Shown here in pieces: positions 1 through 10,134 of a stretch of DNA of 64,000 bases. A program made the translations under genes and the position numbers. Below the pieces are notes generated by a model. That model ran no database searches, had not been told where the DNA came from, and saw only the letters and a list, made by a program, of their open reading frames with translations. How positions within the stretch are numbered: the first letter of the stretch is position 1; each line of letters opens with the position of its first letter. Source of the stretch: Acholeplasmataceae bacterium (GTDB lineage: Bacteria; Bacillota_I; Bacilli_A; Acholeplasmatales; Acholeplasmataceae); NCBI GenBank assembly GCA_963667565.1, contig OY763415.1, forward strand, positions 1,088,001 through 1,152,000, written 5' to 3'.

Positions 1-1592
1 ATACCTTCTTCATTGTAGAAATACTCGATATTATCTTTATTTGGTTCAGTTATTGCTGTTAATCTTCTGCCTGACCATGTTAACGATTTACTTCCTATTT
101 GACTCGGATTACCCATAAAGTTACTACCAGTATACGAAATGAATTCTGTGCTGTTTTCAATTCCATCAACATACTTAATGATTCTAGTTAATTGATCTTT
201 CCAAGCGTTATCATACTTATACTCATAAGACTCATTTGGTGTTAGTTGAGTTGAAAGTGGTTGATTGCCGTTGTAGTATTTCTTGAACTGAATATTGTTA
301 TTACCAGTATAAGTCATGATTAGTGTTCGTCCAGATGGTTGTCCATCTATTGGATTATATTCTCTAACCAACCGGTTCAAGTAATCATACCCATATTCAT
401 ACGTACCATCAGGTGTAGTCATTGATGTCACATTTCCAAGAGCATCATAAGCGTAAATAACGGTTGTACTGTCGTATTTTTGAATGGATTCTACTTGTAG
501 GGATGATTTACCAGCACCTGGTGCTTTATAGGTATAACTGTTCTCTAATGAATGTAATCCAGTATTAATAACATCTTTTTTACTTCTACCTAAAATATCA
601 ACATAGGTCTTAACAGATAATACATGATTGTTTTGGAATAGTTTTGTTACAGTGGCTGCATCAATCACATCATCTTTATAAGCTAGCATCTCTAATTGGC
701 CATTTAGATGTTTTTCTGGTGTAAATCCATCAGTTGCTAGATCTGATCCAATCACTGTCATCGCATCTTTTAGTGATAATGATGCTGCTAAAGTTTTTGT
801 TGTGACACCATTATTAACTTTAAATGTTGAACCATCCCATGTTAAGATGACTGTCTTCCATGCATCATAAGCATAAGTTGTTGTCCCAACAACATAATCG
901 GTGCCATTAAGGACCATATAAAGTTTGTTATCTGTTTTTAGTTTAACACCAAATAAATTAACGCCATCTTTTTTATTCATGATGATTGTACGATCTGATG
1001 TTGATGTAACGACTGGCTTAAATCTAATACTCATAGATCCTTTTGATTTAAGGTCAAAATCATAGATAAGTTTACCTTTCGTATCCGCTAGACCCATCAA
1101 GCCATCATAACTACCATACACATGTTTATCATCAATATTGCTATACTCAAAAAGTCTTGTTTTATCAAGCGCATAACTCTTATCAGTATAAGCATAACTC
1201 TTAGGCTTAATACCTTGTTTAGAGATAAATGTACCATTTAAACTGACAGTATCTAATCCATCATAAATTTCTGGATTCTCAAATGATACACCAGTTTTAG
1301 GTGTCATATCAGGATCATTGGTTAAATATTTCTCGCCTTGTGCATGTAAGATACAAAATGTATCTTTTGTATGAATAAATGCGCCAATGCTAAACATATG
1401 CGATTTTAATTGATATGTTGAATTTGGTTCATCACTACCTACAGATGGTTGACTTCTATCACCGATAACTGCTTGATTGATTAAATGTGTAACACTAAAA
1501 CTACTCATAAATGAATATGCATATTGATCTTCTACTGCAAATCTTAATTCGGTATTACTTTCTGCTTTATTAATGGTTAAACCAATCAACAC
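1..1592 (-). CDS. Rhs/YD-repeat protein with LamG-like domain (runs off the left window edge)
   Basis: Not in the ORF track. Manual translation from GTG at 1592 (RBS AAGGAG) gives a LamG-like block (KGSMSIRFKP...AWKTVILTWDG...HLNGQLEMLA). YD-type repeats follow (YAYDALGNVTSMTTPDG, YEYGYDYLNRLVREY, LTWSGRRLTAI...IEYFYNEEG). Confidence 0.8.
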   Translation of the reverse strand, partial: MLIGLTINKAESNTELRFAVEDQYAYSFMSSFSVTHLINQAVIGDRSQPSVGSDEPNSTYQLKSHMFSIGAFIHTKDTFCILHAQGEKYLTNDPDMTPKTGVSFENPEIYDGLDTVSLNGTFISKQGIKPKSYAYTDKSYALDKTRLFEYSNIDDKHVYGSYDGLMGLADTKGKLIYDFDLKSKGSMSIRFKPVVTSTSDRTIIMNKKDGVNLFGVKLKTDNKLYMVLNGTDYVVGTTTYAYDAWKTVILTWDGSTFKVNNGVTTKTLAASLSLKDAMTVIGSDLATDGFTPEKHLNGQLEMLAYKDDVIDAATVTKLFQNNHVLSVKTYVDILGRSKKDVINTGLHSLENSYTYKAPGAGKSSLQVESIQKYDSTTVIYAYDALGNVTSMTTPDGTYEYGYDYLNRLVREYNPIDGQPSGRTLIMTYTGNNNIQFKKYYNGNQPLSTQLTPNESYEYKYDNAWKDQLTRIIKYVDGIENSTEFISYTGSNFMGNPSQIGSKSLTWSGRRLTAITEPNKDNIEYFYNEEG

Positions 1593-1649
1593 GATTTCTC
1601 CTTAAGATAAGGCGTACACCTGGTGTTATCCTTTCTCATTTTTATGTCT

Positions 1650-1807
1650 CTACACATAAAGACAACTCAAAATAAGAATTTGCACACTTTTTTTCACTTT
1701 AACTTCTGCAAGATCATTGATAAGCGCTCCACCTAGTGCTATCAGCTGACTTTCAGATGATGTTTCTAATACAGATAGAATCAGTGAAACAAGCATAATC
1801 TTTTCAT
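1650..1807 (-). pseudogene. Small hydrophobic peptide gene, probably frameshifted (restorable as MKKIMLVSLILSVL...)
   Basis: Strong RBS AGGAGG (1814-1819) precedes ATG 1807. As written it reads MKRLCLFH*. Adding one A to the A-run after ATG joins it to the hydrophobic frame ending at 1650. Confidence 0.35.
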
Positions 1808-1863
1808 ATGCATCCTCCTTTCTTGGTATAGTTTTAGGGTATCTTTTGCTATACAAACAAAAC

Positions 1864-1879
1864 AGGACAATTTTATCCT
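1864..1879. promoter_or_regulatory. Imperfect palindrome AGGACAA-TT-TTATCCT, candidate operator
   Basis: Lies between the divergent peptide and regulator genes; 6/7 arm match. Confidence 0.35.
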
Positions 1880-1897
1880 TGATATTGGGGGGGGACT

Positions 1898-2827
1898 ATG
1901 TTAATAGATGGGGGTATTATCATATTAGAAAGACTACGTGTGGGAAGAGGTTATAGGAGTCAAGAAAAGTTTGTGAATGATGTTTGTGATGTCAGACAAT
2001 ACAGAAAGTATTTATCAGGATCATCTCGTATACCATCGGACATATTTTTTTCACTCATAGGGAGACTGAACATGACTATTGAGGAGGTATTAAAGTTTTA
2101 TCTAGACACATCTAAAAAAGAAAAAAAGACCCTTCAAAACTTATATAATAAGTTATTGAGTGATCATTTGGATGGATTGAATATTCAAATTAAGGCTTTA
2201 GAAGAAACATTGTTTGTAGAAAGTGCTGATCAAATGTTTTTTAACTTTTGTATACTTCTCTACAATTATAAAAAAAATAACCTTACACAAATACACTATA
2301 CGGAACTTGTGAAAGAACTTATTCATTTTGATGAATTGTTGACATAAGAAATCATATCTCTTTATGAAATGATTATTTTGGCAAACTTAATAACTGAATT
2401 AAACGCATCTGATAATGTTTTAGTAATAAACAAACTATCTGAAACACTCAAAACTTATAAGATTAACGATTTAGCTTCACTGGATTTTTATTTGATTGTT
2501 TTATATACCGTGATAAGAATACATGGGTTAAATCATCATTTTGATCAAGCAATTGAATTATGCGATGCTGGTGTGAGATTATCCACTCAATATCATCATT
2601 TTTATCTTTTGTCACATCTATATTATCTAAAGGCCTATTATTTTAATAAATTGAATCAAATAGAAGATAGAGATAAAGAAATTCATTTATGCATTAACAC
2701 TCTAGAAATCAGTTCTCATGATTCTTTGGCTCATAAAATACGTGATTTAATATCACAGGAATTCACATTGGATATTCATGATTTTGAAATGAATTACTGG
2801 AAAAACAATAAAGAGGCATCTTCCTAA
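1898..2827 (+). pseudogene. XRE-HTH plus TPR-like (Rgg/RRNPP-type) transcriptional regulator interrupted by an in-frame TAA
   Basis: ORFs 1898-2347 and 2369-2827 are in the same frame and read DELLT*EIISLYEM. The N-terminus has an HTH (LERLRVGRGYRSQEKFVNDVCDVRQYRKYLSG) and the C-terminus is TPR-like (AIELCDAG...LYYLKAY). Confidence 0.75.
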
Positions 2828-2992
2828 ATCCAATTGGTTTTCATATGCTTTTCGGAAATGAAACAATCAACGTCTCATTTATTATGAGAGATACAAAAAT
2901 TTATCGACAGTTTTATACAAAAAAATGTCCCCAAAGGACATTTATTATATCATCAGTTCGTTTATGGGAACCAATTCAAGATATTTTTGGAG
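2493..2992 (+). repeat. Direct repeat copy 1 (regulator 3' end, terminator, TGGAG tRNA-Cys 3' remnant)
   Basis: Collinear with 3801-4091. Confidence 0.9.
2923..2943. terminator. Intrinsic terminator hairpin AAATGTCC-CCAAA-GGACATTT
   Basis: Inverted repeat with A/T flanks; duplicated at 4022-4042. Confidence 0.7.
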
Positions 2993-3212
2993 TTTCTGTT
3001 AACCATAAAGGGTCTTATTTTTAGGGGCTTTTCAACCTTAACTGGTAAGGAAATGACAAATCGAGAATAATCGAGTAAATAGTGAAAAAATAAGGAAAGT
3101 TAATGATTAATCAAAAATGACTATTCAGACAATTTTCTGACTACATGGATTGTTAAGTTCGAATAAAAAGGAGCAGATTACTATAAAATAGCAATAATCC
3201 TAACTCCTTATT

Positions 3213-3611
3213 TTAAAATATAATTTTACTTACAACCTTGTTTATTTTTTTTACATACTTTTTATAATTTAGTCCTAGTGTAAAAATCCAATTATCATTA
3301 ATATATATGATAGTTTCATCTAAATCAATAAGATAGAACACGATAAAAGTATCTATTCCATCAAAATAAAACAATTCGCTTCGGGTAAATTTCTCCTTAG
3401 TAGTTGCAACAACAATAATCGTCTTAAACTCTTTTTTTTGCCTCATTAAGCTACTAACATCATCTAGTGCCTCGTTAATATTAATTTTATTTACTTCTTT
3501 ATCATAAAAAACCAAGTATCTTTTTTTTGCCAATTGATAGCAATTACTAGACATGCTCTTACTTTCTACCAATGATAAGCTTTCAATAATTTTTGTCTTG
3601 ATTTTTTCCAT
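3213..3611 (-). CDS. Hypothetical protein, candidate Rhs immunity protein
   Basis: RBS GGAGG and ATG at 3611; 132 aa; lies immediately downstream of an Rhs core remnant. Confidence 0.55.
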   Translation of the reverse strand: MEKIKTKIIESLSLVESKSMSSNCYQLAKKRYLVFYDKEVNKININEALDDVSSLMRQKKEFKTIIVVATTKEKFTRSELFYFDGIDTFIVFYLIDLDETIIYINDNWIFTLGLNYKKYVKKINKVVSKIIF

Positions 3612-3649
3612 TCGTTTACCTCCATAAAGGTACCATAGGTACTGTATCT

Positions 3650-3736
3650 GCCCCAAGAATCATATTGATTTGATACCATAACAGATCTATTTTCATCTAC
3701 AACTTCTGTAATAATTCCAAGTAAATCTCTTACATA
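3650..3736 (-). pseudogene. Rhs core remnant
   Basis: Translates as YVRDLLGIITEVVDENRSVMVSNQYDSWG, matching the Rhs pattern YxxDxxGxxxxxxDxxGxxxxxYxYDxWG. Confidence 0.7.
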
Positions 3737-3800
3737 TAATTATACACTTTGTTTGAATACTCAAAACCTACAATTAATTCTCTTTCATTATAGATCTAAC

Positions 3801-4091
3801 TGATTGTTTTATATACCGTAATAAGAATACATGGCTCAAATCATCATTTTTATCTTTTATACATCTATATTATCTAAAGGTCTATTATTTTAATAAATTG
3901 AATCAAATAGAAGATAGAGATAAAGTAATTCACATTGGATATTCATGATTTTGAAATAAATCAATCAACTTCTCATGTCATTATGAGAGATACAAAAATT
4001 TATCGATAGTTTTATACAAATAAATGTCCCCAAAGGACATTTATTATACCATCAGTTCGTTTATAGGAACCAATTCAAGATATTTTTGGAG
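3801..4091 (+). repeat. Direct repeat copy 2 (deleted derivative), abutting the tRNA-Cys 3' end
   Basis: Same blocks as 2493-2992 with three internal deletions. Confidence 0.9.
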
Positions 4092-4160
4092 GCCTCAAAC
4101 GGATTTGAACCGATGATCAGGCAGTTGCAGTGCCTTGCCTTACCACTTGGCTATGAGGCC
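4087..4160 (-). tRNA. tRNA-Cys(GCA)
   Basis: GGCCTCATAGCCAAGTGGTAAGGC...CTGCAAC...GGTTCAAATCC...GAGGCCTCCA; forms a cloverleaf with encoded CCA. Confidence 0.95.
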
Positions 4161-4206
4161 ATCAATGCGCTATATCATTATACCCTTATTAACCATGAAA
4201 AGTCAA

Positions 4207-4674
4207 TCAATTTTTTAACTCGTTTTTGAACTTTTCAATCCACAAATCAATTGCACTCATAATGTGTTCATATGTCTCAACAAAATTACCTGAATAGTAA
4301 GGATCTGGAATCGATTTTTTGTTGCTTTCATGTAAAATATCTAAAAACAAATGAACTTTATGTCCATTTCTCTTATTCATTTTAATTAATGTATGAACGT
4401 TGGATTCATCCATACCTATAATATAGTCAAAATTGTTAAAATCAGAATCAGATATTTGTTTTGCATACATATCATCAGTATTGATATGATTTTGATGCAA
4501 AATTTGTTTGGTGCCTCTATGTACAGGGTTACCTACTTCCCAACTTGAAGTCGCTCTTGATTCAATCAAGATATCTTTTTCCAGTCCCAAATCTTTAATT
4601 CTTTTTTTGAATAATCCTTCTGCCATTGGAGATCTACAAATATTTCCTAGACATACAAATACAACTTTAATCAT
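4207..4674 (-). CDS. Low-molecular-weight protein-tyrosine phosphatase
   Basis: VCLGNICRSP P-loop and DPYY motif. Confidence 0.92.
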   Translation of the reverse strand: MIKVVFVCLGNICRSPMAEGLFKKRIKDLGLEKDILIESRATSSWEVGNPVHRGTKQILHQNHINTDDMYAKQISDSDFNNFDYIIGMDESNVHTLIKMNKRNGHKVHLFLDILHESNKKSIPDPYYSGNFVETYEHIMSAIDLWIEKFKNELKN

Positions 4675-4721
4675 TTTATCACCTGTGGTAATTATAGCAT
4701 ATTTCACATTTTTTTAAAACA

Positions 4722-4748
4722 TTAGCACTTATATATTGACAGTGCCAA
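4722..4748 (+). promoter_or_regulatory. CIRCE element 1 (HrcA operator) overlapping the -35 box
   Basis: TTAGCACTT-N9-CAGTGCCAA. Confidence 0.85.
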
Positions 4749-4764
4749 TTTTATGTTTTATAAT
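4736..4764 (+). promoter_or_regulatory. Sigma-A promoter of clpB
   Basis: TTGACA-17 nt-TATAAT. Confidence 0.8.
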
Positions 4765-4768
4765 ATGA

Positions 4769-4795
4769 TTGGCAATTGATTGTATAGACTGCCAA
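4769..4795 (+). promoter_or_regulatory. CIRCE element 2 (degenerate)
   Basis: TTGGCAATT-N9-GACTGCCAA, just upstream of the RBS. Confidence 0.65.
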
Positions 4796-4810
4796 AAAGG
4801 AGGTATGTTT

Positions 4811-6949
4811 ATGAATTTAAATCAAATGGAAGATTATAATAATGATCCCAAAATATTAGAAAAATTTGGTAGAAACATTGTCGAAGAAGTTAAAAAAGGT
4901 AAAATTGATCCTGTCATCGGTAGAGAAGATGAAATTAGACGTGTGATCAAGATTTTATCACGAAAAACAAAGAATAATCCAGTGCTTATCGGCGAACCTG
5001 GTGTTGGTAAGACAGCAATTGTTGAAGGTTTAGCAAGACGTATTGTTGATAAAGATGTCCCTCTAGGTTTACAAAACAAAATGATATATGAATTAGATTT
5101 AGCTGCACTTGTAGCAGGCGCTAAGTTTAGAGGTGAATTTGAAGAACGTTTAAAAGCTGTACTAAAGAAAATCAAAGACTCCGATGGTGAAATCATCATG
5201 TTTATCGATGAAATTCATTCAATTGTGGGTGCTGGTAGAGTTGATGGTGCTATGGATGCATCTAATATGCTTAAACCGATGCTTGCTAGAGGTGAATTAC
5301 ATTGTGTAGGTGCAACTACTCTTAATGAATATAGAAAATACATTGAAAAAGATTCTGCTCTAGAGCGTAGATTTCAAAAGGTTCAAATTGATGAGCCAAA
5401 TGTCGAAGATACAATCAGTATATTAAGAGGTTTAAAATCTCGATTTGAAGCACATCATGGTGTTCATATTTCAGATCCAGCGATTATTGCTGCTGCTACG
5501 TTATCAAATCGATATATAACAGATCGTTTCTTGCCAGATAAAGCGATTGACTTAATAGATGAAGCATGTGCTTCTATTCGTATGGAAATTGATTCAATGC
5601 CAGTTGAATTAGATGATGTTACAAGAAAGCTCATGCAATTAGAAATTGAAAAAACAGCACTCGATAAAGAAACAGATCCAATATCAAAAGATAGATTACT
5701 AAAAATTAAAGATGAGATTAAGAATCTAAAACTTAAAGACAAAGAACTACGTTCGAAATGGGAACAAGAAAAAGAACACTTAAATAAAATCAAAGATAAG
5801 AAAAATGATTTAGAAAAATTGCGTAACGAATTACAAAATGCACTTAACGATAGTAACTATAGTAAAGCTGCTGAATTGCAATATGCTAAAATACCACAGT
5901 TAGAACAAGAGATTAACCAGATGTCTGATGAATCAAACACAGATGATAAATTGTTAACAGAGGTTGTAACAGAAGAAAGTATTGCAGAAATCGTTTCAAA
6001 ATGGACACTCATTCCAATCTCTAAGTTAATGTCTGGAGACAAAGAAAAATTACTTCACTTAGAAGAAACTTTAAAAGAAAGAGTCATTGGACAAGATCAT
6101 GCTCTTAAGTTGATCAGTGATGCGATTATTCGTCAAAGAGCTGGTATAAAAGATGAACAAAGACCCATAGGTTCATTCTTGTTTTTAGGACCTACAGGTG
6201 TTGGTAAAACTGAAGTAGCAAGAGCTCTTGCCGATAGTTTGTTTGATAATGAGCATCAAATCATTAGAATTGATATGAGTGAATATATGGAATCTCACAG
6301 CGTCTCTAGACTCATTGGTTCTCCTCCAGGATATGTTGGATATGATGAGGGTGGGCAATTAACTGAGGCAGTTAGAAGAAAACCTTATTCTATTGTTTTA
6401 TTTGATGAAGTAGAAAAAGCTCATCCCGAAATATTTAATGTTCTTCTTCAAATTCTTGATGATGGTCGATTAACAGATAATCAAGGTAGAACTGTTGATT
6501 TTAAAAATACAATCATTATTATGACATCAAACATTGGTAGTGATTTACTTCTATCTTCTGAGGAAGATTCAAAGGACAAAGTTTTACAAATTGTTAAATC
6601 AAAATTTAAACCAGAATTTTTAAACCGCATAGATGAACAAATCATATTCAATCCATTAGGACTCAAAGTGCAAGTCAAAATTGCAGAAAAACTACTCAAA
6701 GAATTGCGCTTGCGTTTACTTGATAAACATATCACAATAGATTTTAATGAAAATGTTGAAAAATATATCATTAAACATGGATTCAACGATGAATATGGTG
6801 CTAGACCTTTAAAAAGATTTATTCAAAGACAGATTGAAACGTTTATTGCAACTAAAATGATTGAAGGACACTTATTGCCTCATCATGCATATGATCTCAC
6901 TGTTGATGAAGATCAATTAATTTTAAAAGAAAAAAGTAGAGTTAGTTAA
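4811..6949 (+). CDS. clpB: Chaperone ClpB lacking the N-terminal domain
   Basis: Two AAA+ modules ([16 protein letters not shown]), middle coiled coil and GYVGY loop. Confidence 0.95.
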   Translation: MNLNQMEDYNNDPKILEKFGRNIVEEVKKGKIDPVIGREDEIRRVIKILSRKTKNNPVLIGEPGVGKTAIVEGLARRIVDKDVPLGLQNKMIYELDLAALVAGAKFRGEFEERLKAVLKKIKDSDGEIIMFIDEIHSIVGAGRVDGAMDASNMLKPMLARGELHCVGATTLNEYRKYIEKDSALERRFQKVQIDEPNVEDTISILRGLKSRFEAHHGVHISDPAIIAAATLSNRYITDRFLPDKAIDLIDEACASIRMEIDSMPVELDDVTRKLMQLEIEKTALDKETDPISKDRLLKIKDEIKNLKLKDKELRSKWEQEKEHLNKIKDKKNDLEKLRNELQNALNDSNYSKAAELQYAKIPQLEQEINQMSDESNTDDKLLTEVVTEESIAEIVSKWTLIPISKLMSGDKEKLLHLEETLKERVIGQDHALKLISDAIIRQRAGIKDEQRPIGSFLFLGPTGVGKTEVARALADSLFDNEHQIIRIDMSEYMESHSVSRLIGSPPGYVGYDEGGQLTEAVRRKPYSIVLFDEVEKAHPEIFNVLLQILDDGRLTDNQGRTVDFKNTIIIMTSNIGSDLLLSSEEDSKDKVLQIVKSKFKPEFLNRIDEQIIFNPLGLKVQVKIAEKLLKELRLRLLDKHITIDFNENVEKYIIKHGFNDEYGARPLKRFIQRQIETFIATKMIEGHLLPHHAYDLTVDEDQLILKEKSRVS

Positions 6950-6963
6950 CTCTACTTTATTTT

Positions 6964-7968
6964 TTATAAGACACCTAAACTTCTTAACACGACAATGATA
7001 ATAAAAATGGTTAGTACCGAACCTATAGATGTCCAAACCACCAGTTGACTTGCAAGTTGATCATCATTATCCATTTCTGATGCCATGATTACAGATGAGA
7101 CTGCAACTGGCGATGCAAACAATGCGATAAGTGCAGGAAATACATTGTCAAATTGGTGATTTTTTAAATTAATAAAATACGCGATTGCCAAAATAATAGT
7201 TGGTGCGATGACAATACGCCATAATGTTCCAATAACAATCTGATTTTTTAGTTTTTTAACTACAGACATTTCAAATTGTCCACCTAATGCAATTAATGCG
7301 AGTGGAGATGCTGTTTGACTTATCCAAAGAATGACTTTGTATATAAATGGCAATGAATATTGAATTGTAAAGACAGGTATATGGTCTTCATTTAAAGGAA
7401 CAAATGATCGAATACCAATTACAATTAAAGCAACGATCACACCAATGATAAGTGGGTTTTTTAATACATTAAATAAAATTGATTTAAAATCCACTTTTCC
7501 ATGTTCATTTCTTTGAAACATTGATAAACTTATGACGCCTAAAGTATTACTAATAGGTAGTGCGAATGCAAAGAGTAAACTCATCACTTCAATCGCTTGT
7601 GCACTCCCTAGTGCTTGAGCTAAGGGAAGGCCTATTAAAGCAAAATTAGATCTAAATGCAGCTGATAAAATGACACCTTTTTGTTTTGGTTCTTTAATAA
7701 AAAATAAAGCGGTTAAATACGCTAAAATAAATAACACAAATAAACCTATAATTGCAAAGCCAATAACAAACCAATTGATGTTAGATAAGCTTTGAACAGA
7801 ATAAATATTTATAAATAGTAATGCAGGTAAAGCGATTCTAAATATGTATTTGTTAAGTTGACTGAAAAAAAGACTATCAAGAAACTTTATTCTTTTTAAG
7901 AAATATCCAAATAAGAACAAAATGATGATAGGCAAAATCGCATTTAAAGCAAACAAAAAAGCATTCAT
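6964..7968 (-). CDS. AEC (auxin efflux carrier/malate permease) family transporter
   Basis: About 10 TM segments; IALPALLF, RSNFALIGLP and NPLIIG motifs. Confidence 0.85.
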   Translation of the reverse strand: MNAFLFALNAILPIIILFLFGYFLKRIKFLDSLFFSQLNKYIFRIALPALLFINIYSVQSLSNINWFVIGFAIIGLFVLFILAYLTALFFIKEPKQKGVILSAAFRSNFALIGLPLAQALGSAQAIEVMSLLFAFALPISNTLGVISLSMFQRNEHGKVDFKSILFNVLKNPLIIGVIVALIVIGIRSFVPLNEDHIPVFTIQYSLPFIYKVILWISQTASPLALIALGGQFEMSVVKKLKNQIVIGTLWRIVIAPTIILAIAYFINLKNHQFDNVFPALIALFASPVAVSSVIMASEMDNDDQLASQLVVWTSIGSVLTIFIIIVVLRSLGVL

Positions 7969-8043
7969 AAAATATTAACCTTTTATCTTTCTATTACTTT
8001 AACATTGTAACATAATAAAACTTAAAAAAAAGAAGCATAGCTT

Positions 8044-8529
8044 CTATTTTTTTGAATAATCTTGTTTTCTTACAGTACCATCAACTTTATGAATAACAAT
8101 CGATGAATCTTGATTGTCTGCTAGACTTTTTGCGTATTCAATCGCTTCTGCTTGGGTTTTAAAAAACTTAATGGTTTTAGTTGATCCTTCTTTACGAACT
8201 CGCCACTCTTTATAATGCGGTGTATCTTCTTTCTTATTTTGTGAAATATGATACTTAGCAACTTTATCTTTTGGTTCTTCTTCAAGTGGTTCTTTTACAA
8301 CTTCCTTTGGTTTTGTTTCCTTTTTAGCAGGCTTTTCTACAACTGCTTCTTTTGATTCAACTGGTTTATTTTGAACTTCAATAACCTCTTTTTTTGGTTC
8401 AACTGGTTCAACAACTTTTTCTTCTTGAACCTTGTTAGCATCGATCACTTCAACTTTTTTAGCCTGTTCAGCTTCCTTTAATTTTTGAGCTGCTTCTAAA
8501 CGCGCTTTTCTTTTCTTAAAAAACCACAT
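8044..8529 (-). CDS. DUF2188-like domain protein with a K/E/P-rich N-terminal region
   Basis: C-terminal WRVRKEG...FKTQAEAIEYAK...IVIHKVDGTVR. Confidence 0.7.
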   Translation of the reverse strand: MWFFKKRKARLEAAQKLKEAEQAKKVEVIDANKVQEEKVVEPVEPKKEVIEVQNKPVESKEAVVEKPAKKETKPKEVVKEPLEEEPKDKVAKYHISQNKKEDTPHYKEWRVRKEGSTKTIKFFKTQAEAIEYAKSLADNQDSSIVIHKVDGTVRKQDYSKK

Positions 8530-8649
8530 ATCTAATACCCCTTTTCATCTCTATTTATCTTTATTATAATATTGAAAAAATTAAATATCAAGAATTTACA
8601 CTTATATCACATGATTTTAAAAAAAACACCCAAATTTTGGGTGTTTAAG

Positions 8650-10122
8650 TTATTTTTTAGCTGGTTTTTCTTCCTTAACTTCAGGTTTTGGCTCCACCTT
8701 AATATCTTTATTTTCATCGACAACAACTTTGATTTCTTGTGCTTCTTCTTTAGCAGAACCTAAGAATTTAGGTAGGTCTAACCCTGCCATATTAAATAAT
8801 TCATTCATAGGAGGAATTGACTTCATTAAGTTTTGAGCAAAATGAGCTGTAGATGATGAACCATCATTTGAACCAGAATCCCAAACTGTAATCTTATCAA
8901 ATTTAAGATTTTTAATTGCTTGTACTTGAATTTCAACAAGTTTTTCAAGTTTATCAGCAATAAGCATTTTAACAGCTTTATCAGCATCGTTACCTGCGGC
9001 ATCAACTAACAATTTAAACCCTTCTGCTTGTTTAGATAAAATTTCTAAACTACCGCGAGCTTCAGCATCTAGTTTTGCAAAGATTGCATCAGCTTGACCT
9101 TTAGCTTCTCTTCTTAATACTTCAGCAACTGCTTCAGCTTCAATCACTCGTTTTTGACGGTCAATTTCAGTTTTAACGATAACATCAGCTTCAAGTGTTG
9201 CTTGTTCTCTTTTAGCACGAGCAATTTCGGCGTTTTGTTCAGCAACATAAGCTTCTTCTTTAGCTTTCGCTTCTGCTGTCTTTTCGGCAGCTGTCGCACG
9301 TCTAAGTGATTCAGCTTCAACTTCTCTACGAGATGCATTTGTTTGCGAAATGTCAGCCAATGATTGGTTTTCACCTTCAACCGCAGTTGCATTTGCTGAT
9401 GCAACTGAAACTCTTTGATCTCTTAAAGCATTTGCTTCACCAATAGAACCATCTCTGTTCTTTTCAGCAACACTTCTTTTTGCATCATTGATTGCTTTTG
9501 CAGCAGCTTCTTTCCCAAGAGCATCGATATAACCAGATTCATCATTAATATCAGTAACGTTAACATTAATCAATCTTAGACCAATTTTCTTTAATTCACT
9601 TTCAACGTTTCCACTGACAGCTTCTAAGAATTTATCTCTATCTGTATTAATTTCTTCAATATCCATTGTTGCAACGACTAATCTTAATTGACCAAAAATA
9701 ATATCTTTTGCAAGTTCTTGAATTTCTGCAAGTCTTAAACTACCTAAACGTTCTGCAGCATTTTGCATTACGCCTTGTTCAGTTGAAATTGCAACCGTAA
9801 ATCTTGATGGTACATCAATACGAATATTTTGTCTAGATAACGCATTTACTAAGTCTACTTGAATTGACATAGGCGTAAGATCTAAATATTGATATGCTTG
9901 AATGAATGGCCAAATGAATTTAACCCCACCATGGATACAATTCGCTGAGCGTTTGACTCCATCTTTTTGATTAACACTACCATAGATAACTAAAATCTTA
10001 TCTGCTGGACATTTTTTAACCCTAGATACAATAAGCATTAAAATCATAAATGCAATAACAATAAATGTGACAATAAGTCCAATCACTGTACCTGGATCAA
10101 CTGCTAAAATTATAAAATTCAT
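8650..10122 (-). CDS. Flotillin (SPFH domain) protein
   Basis: N-terminal TM, SPFH domain and AEA-rich coiled coil. Confidence 0.9.
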   Translation of the reverse strand: MNFIILAVDPGTVIGLIVTFIVIAFMILMLIVSRVKKCPADKILVIYGSVNQKDGVKRSANCIHGGVKFIWPFIQAYQYLDLTPMSIQVDLVNALSRQNIRIDVPSRFTVAISTEQGVMQNAAERLGSLRLAEIQELAKDIIFGQLRLVVATMDIEEINTDRDKFLEAVSGNVESELKKIGLRLINVNVTDINDESGYIDALGKEAAAKAINDAKRSVAEKNRDGSIGEANALRDQRVSVASANATAVEGENQSLADISQTNASRREVEAESLRRATAAEKTAEAKAKEEAYVAEQNAEIARAKREQATLEADVIVKTEIDRQKRVIEAEAVAEVLRREAKGQADAIFAKLDAEARGSLEILSKQAEGFKLLVDAAGNDADKAVKMLIADKLEKLVEIQVQAIKNLKFDKITVWDSGSNDGSSSTAHFAQNLMKSIPPMNELFNMAGLDLPKFLGSAKEEAQEIKVVVDENKDIKVEPKPEVKEEKPAKK

Positions 10123-10134
10123 ATGTTTTCTCCT

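Noticed and set aside
4508..6786. Antisense ORFs over ptp/clpB (and similar ones over pyk, the mbx genes, rseP and tsf)
   Set aside because: Shadow frames of well-supported genes, with no RBS or recognisable motifs.
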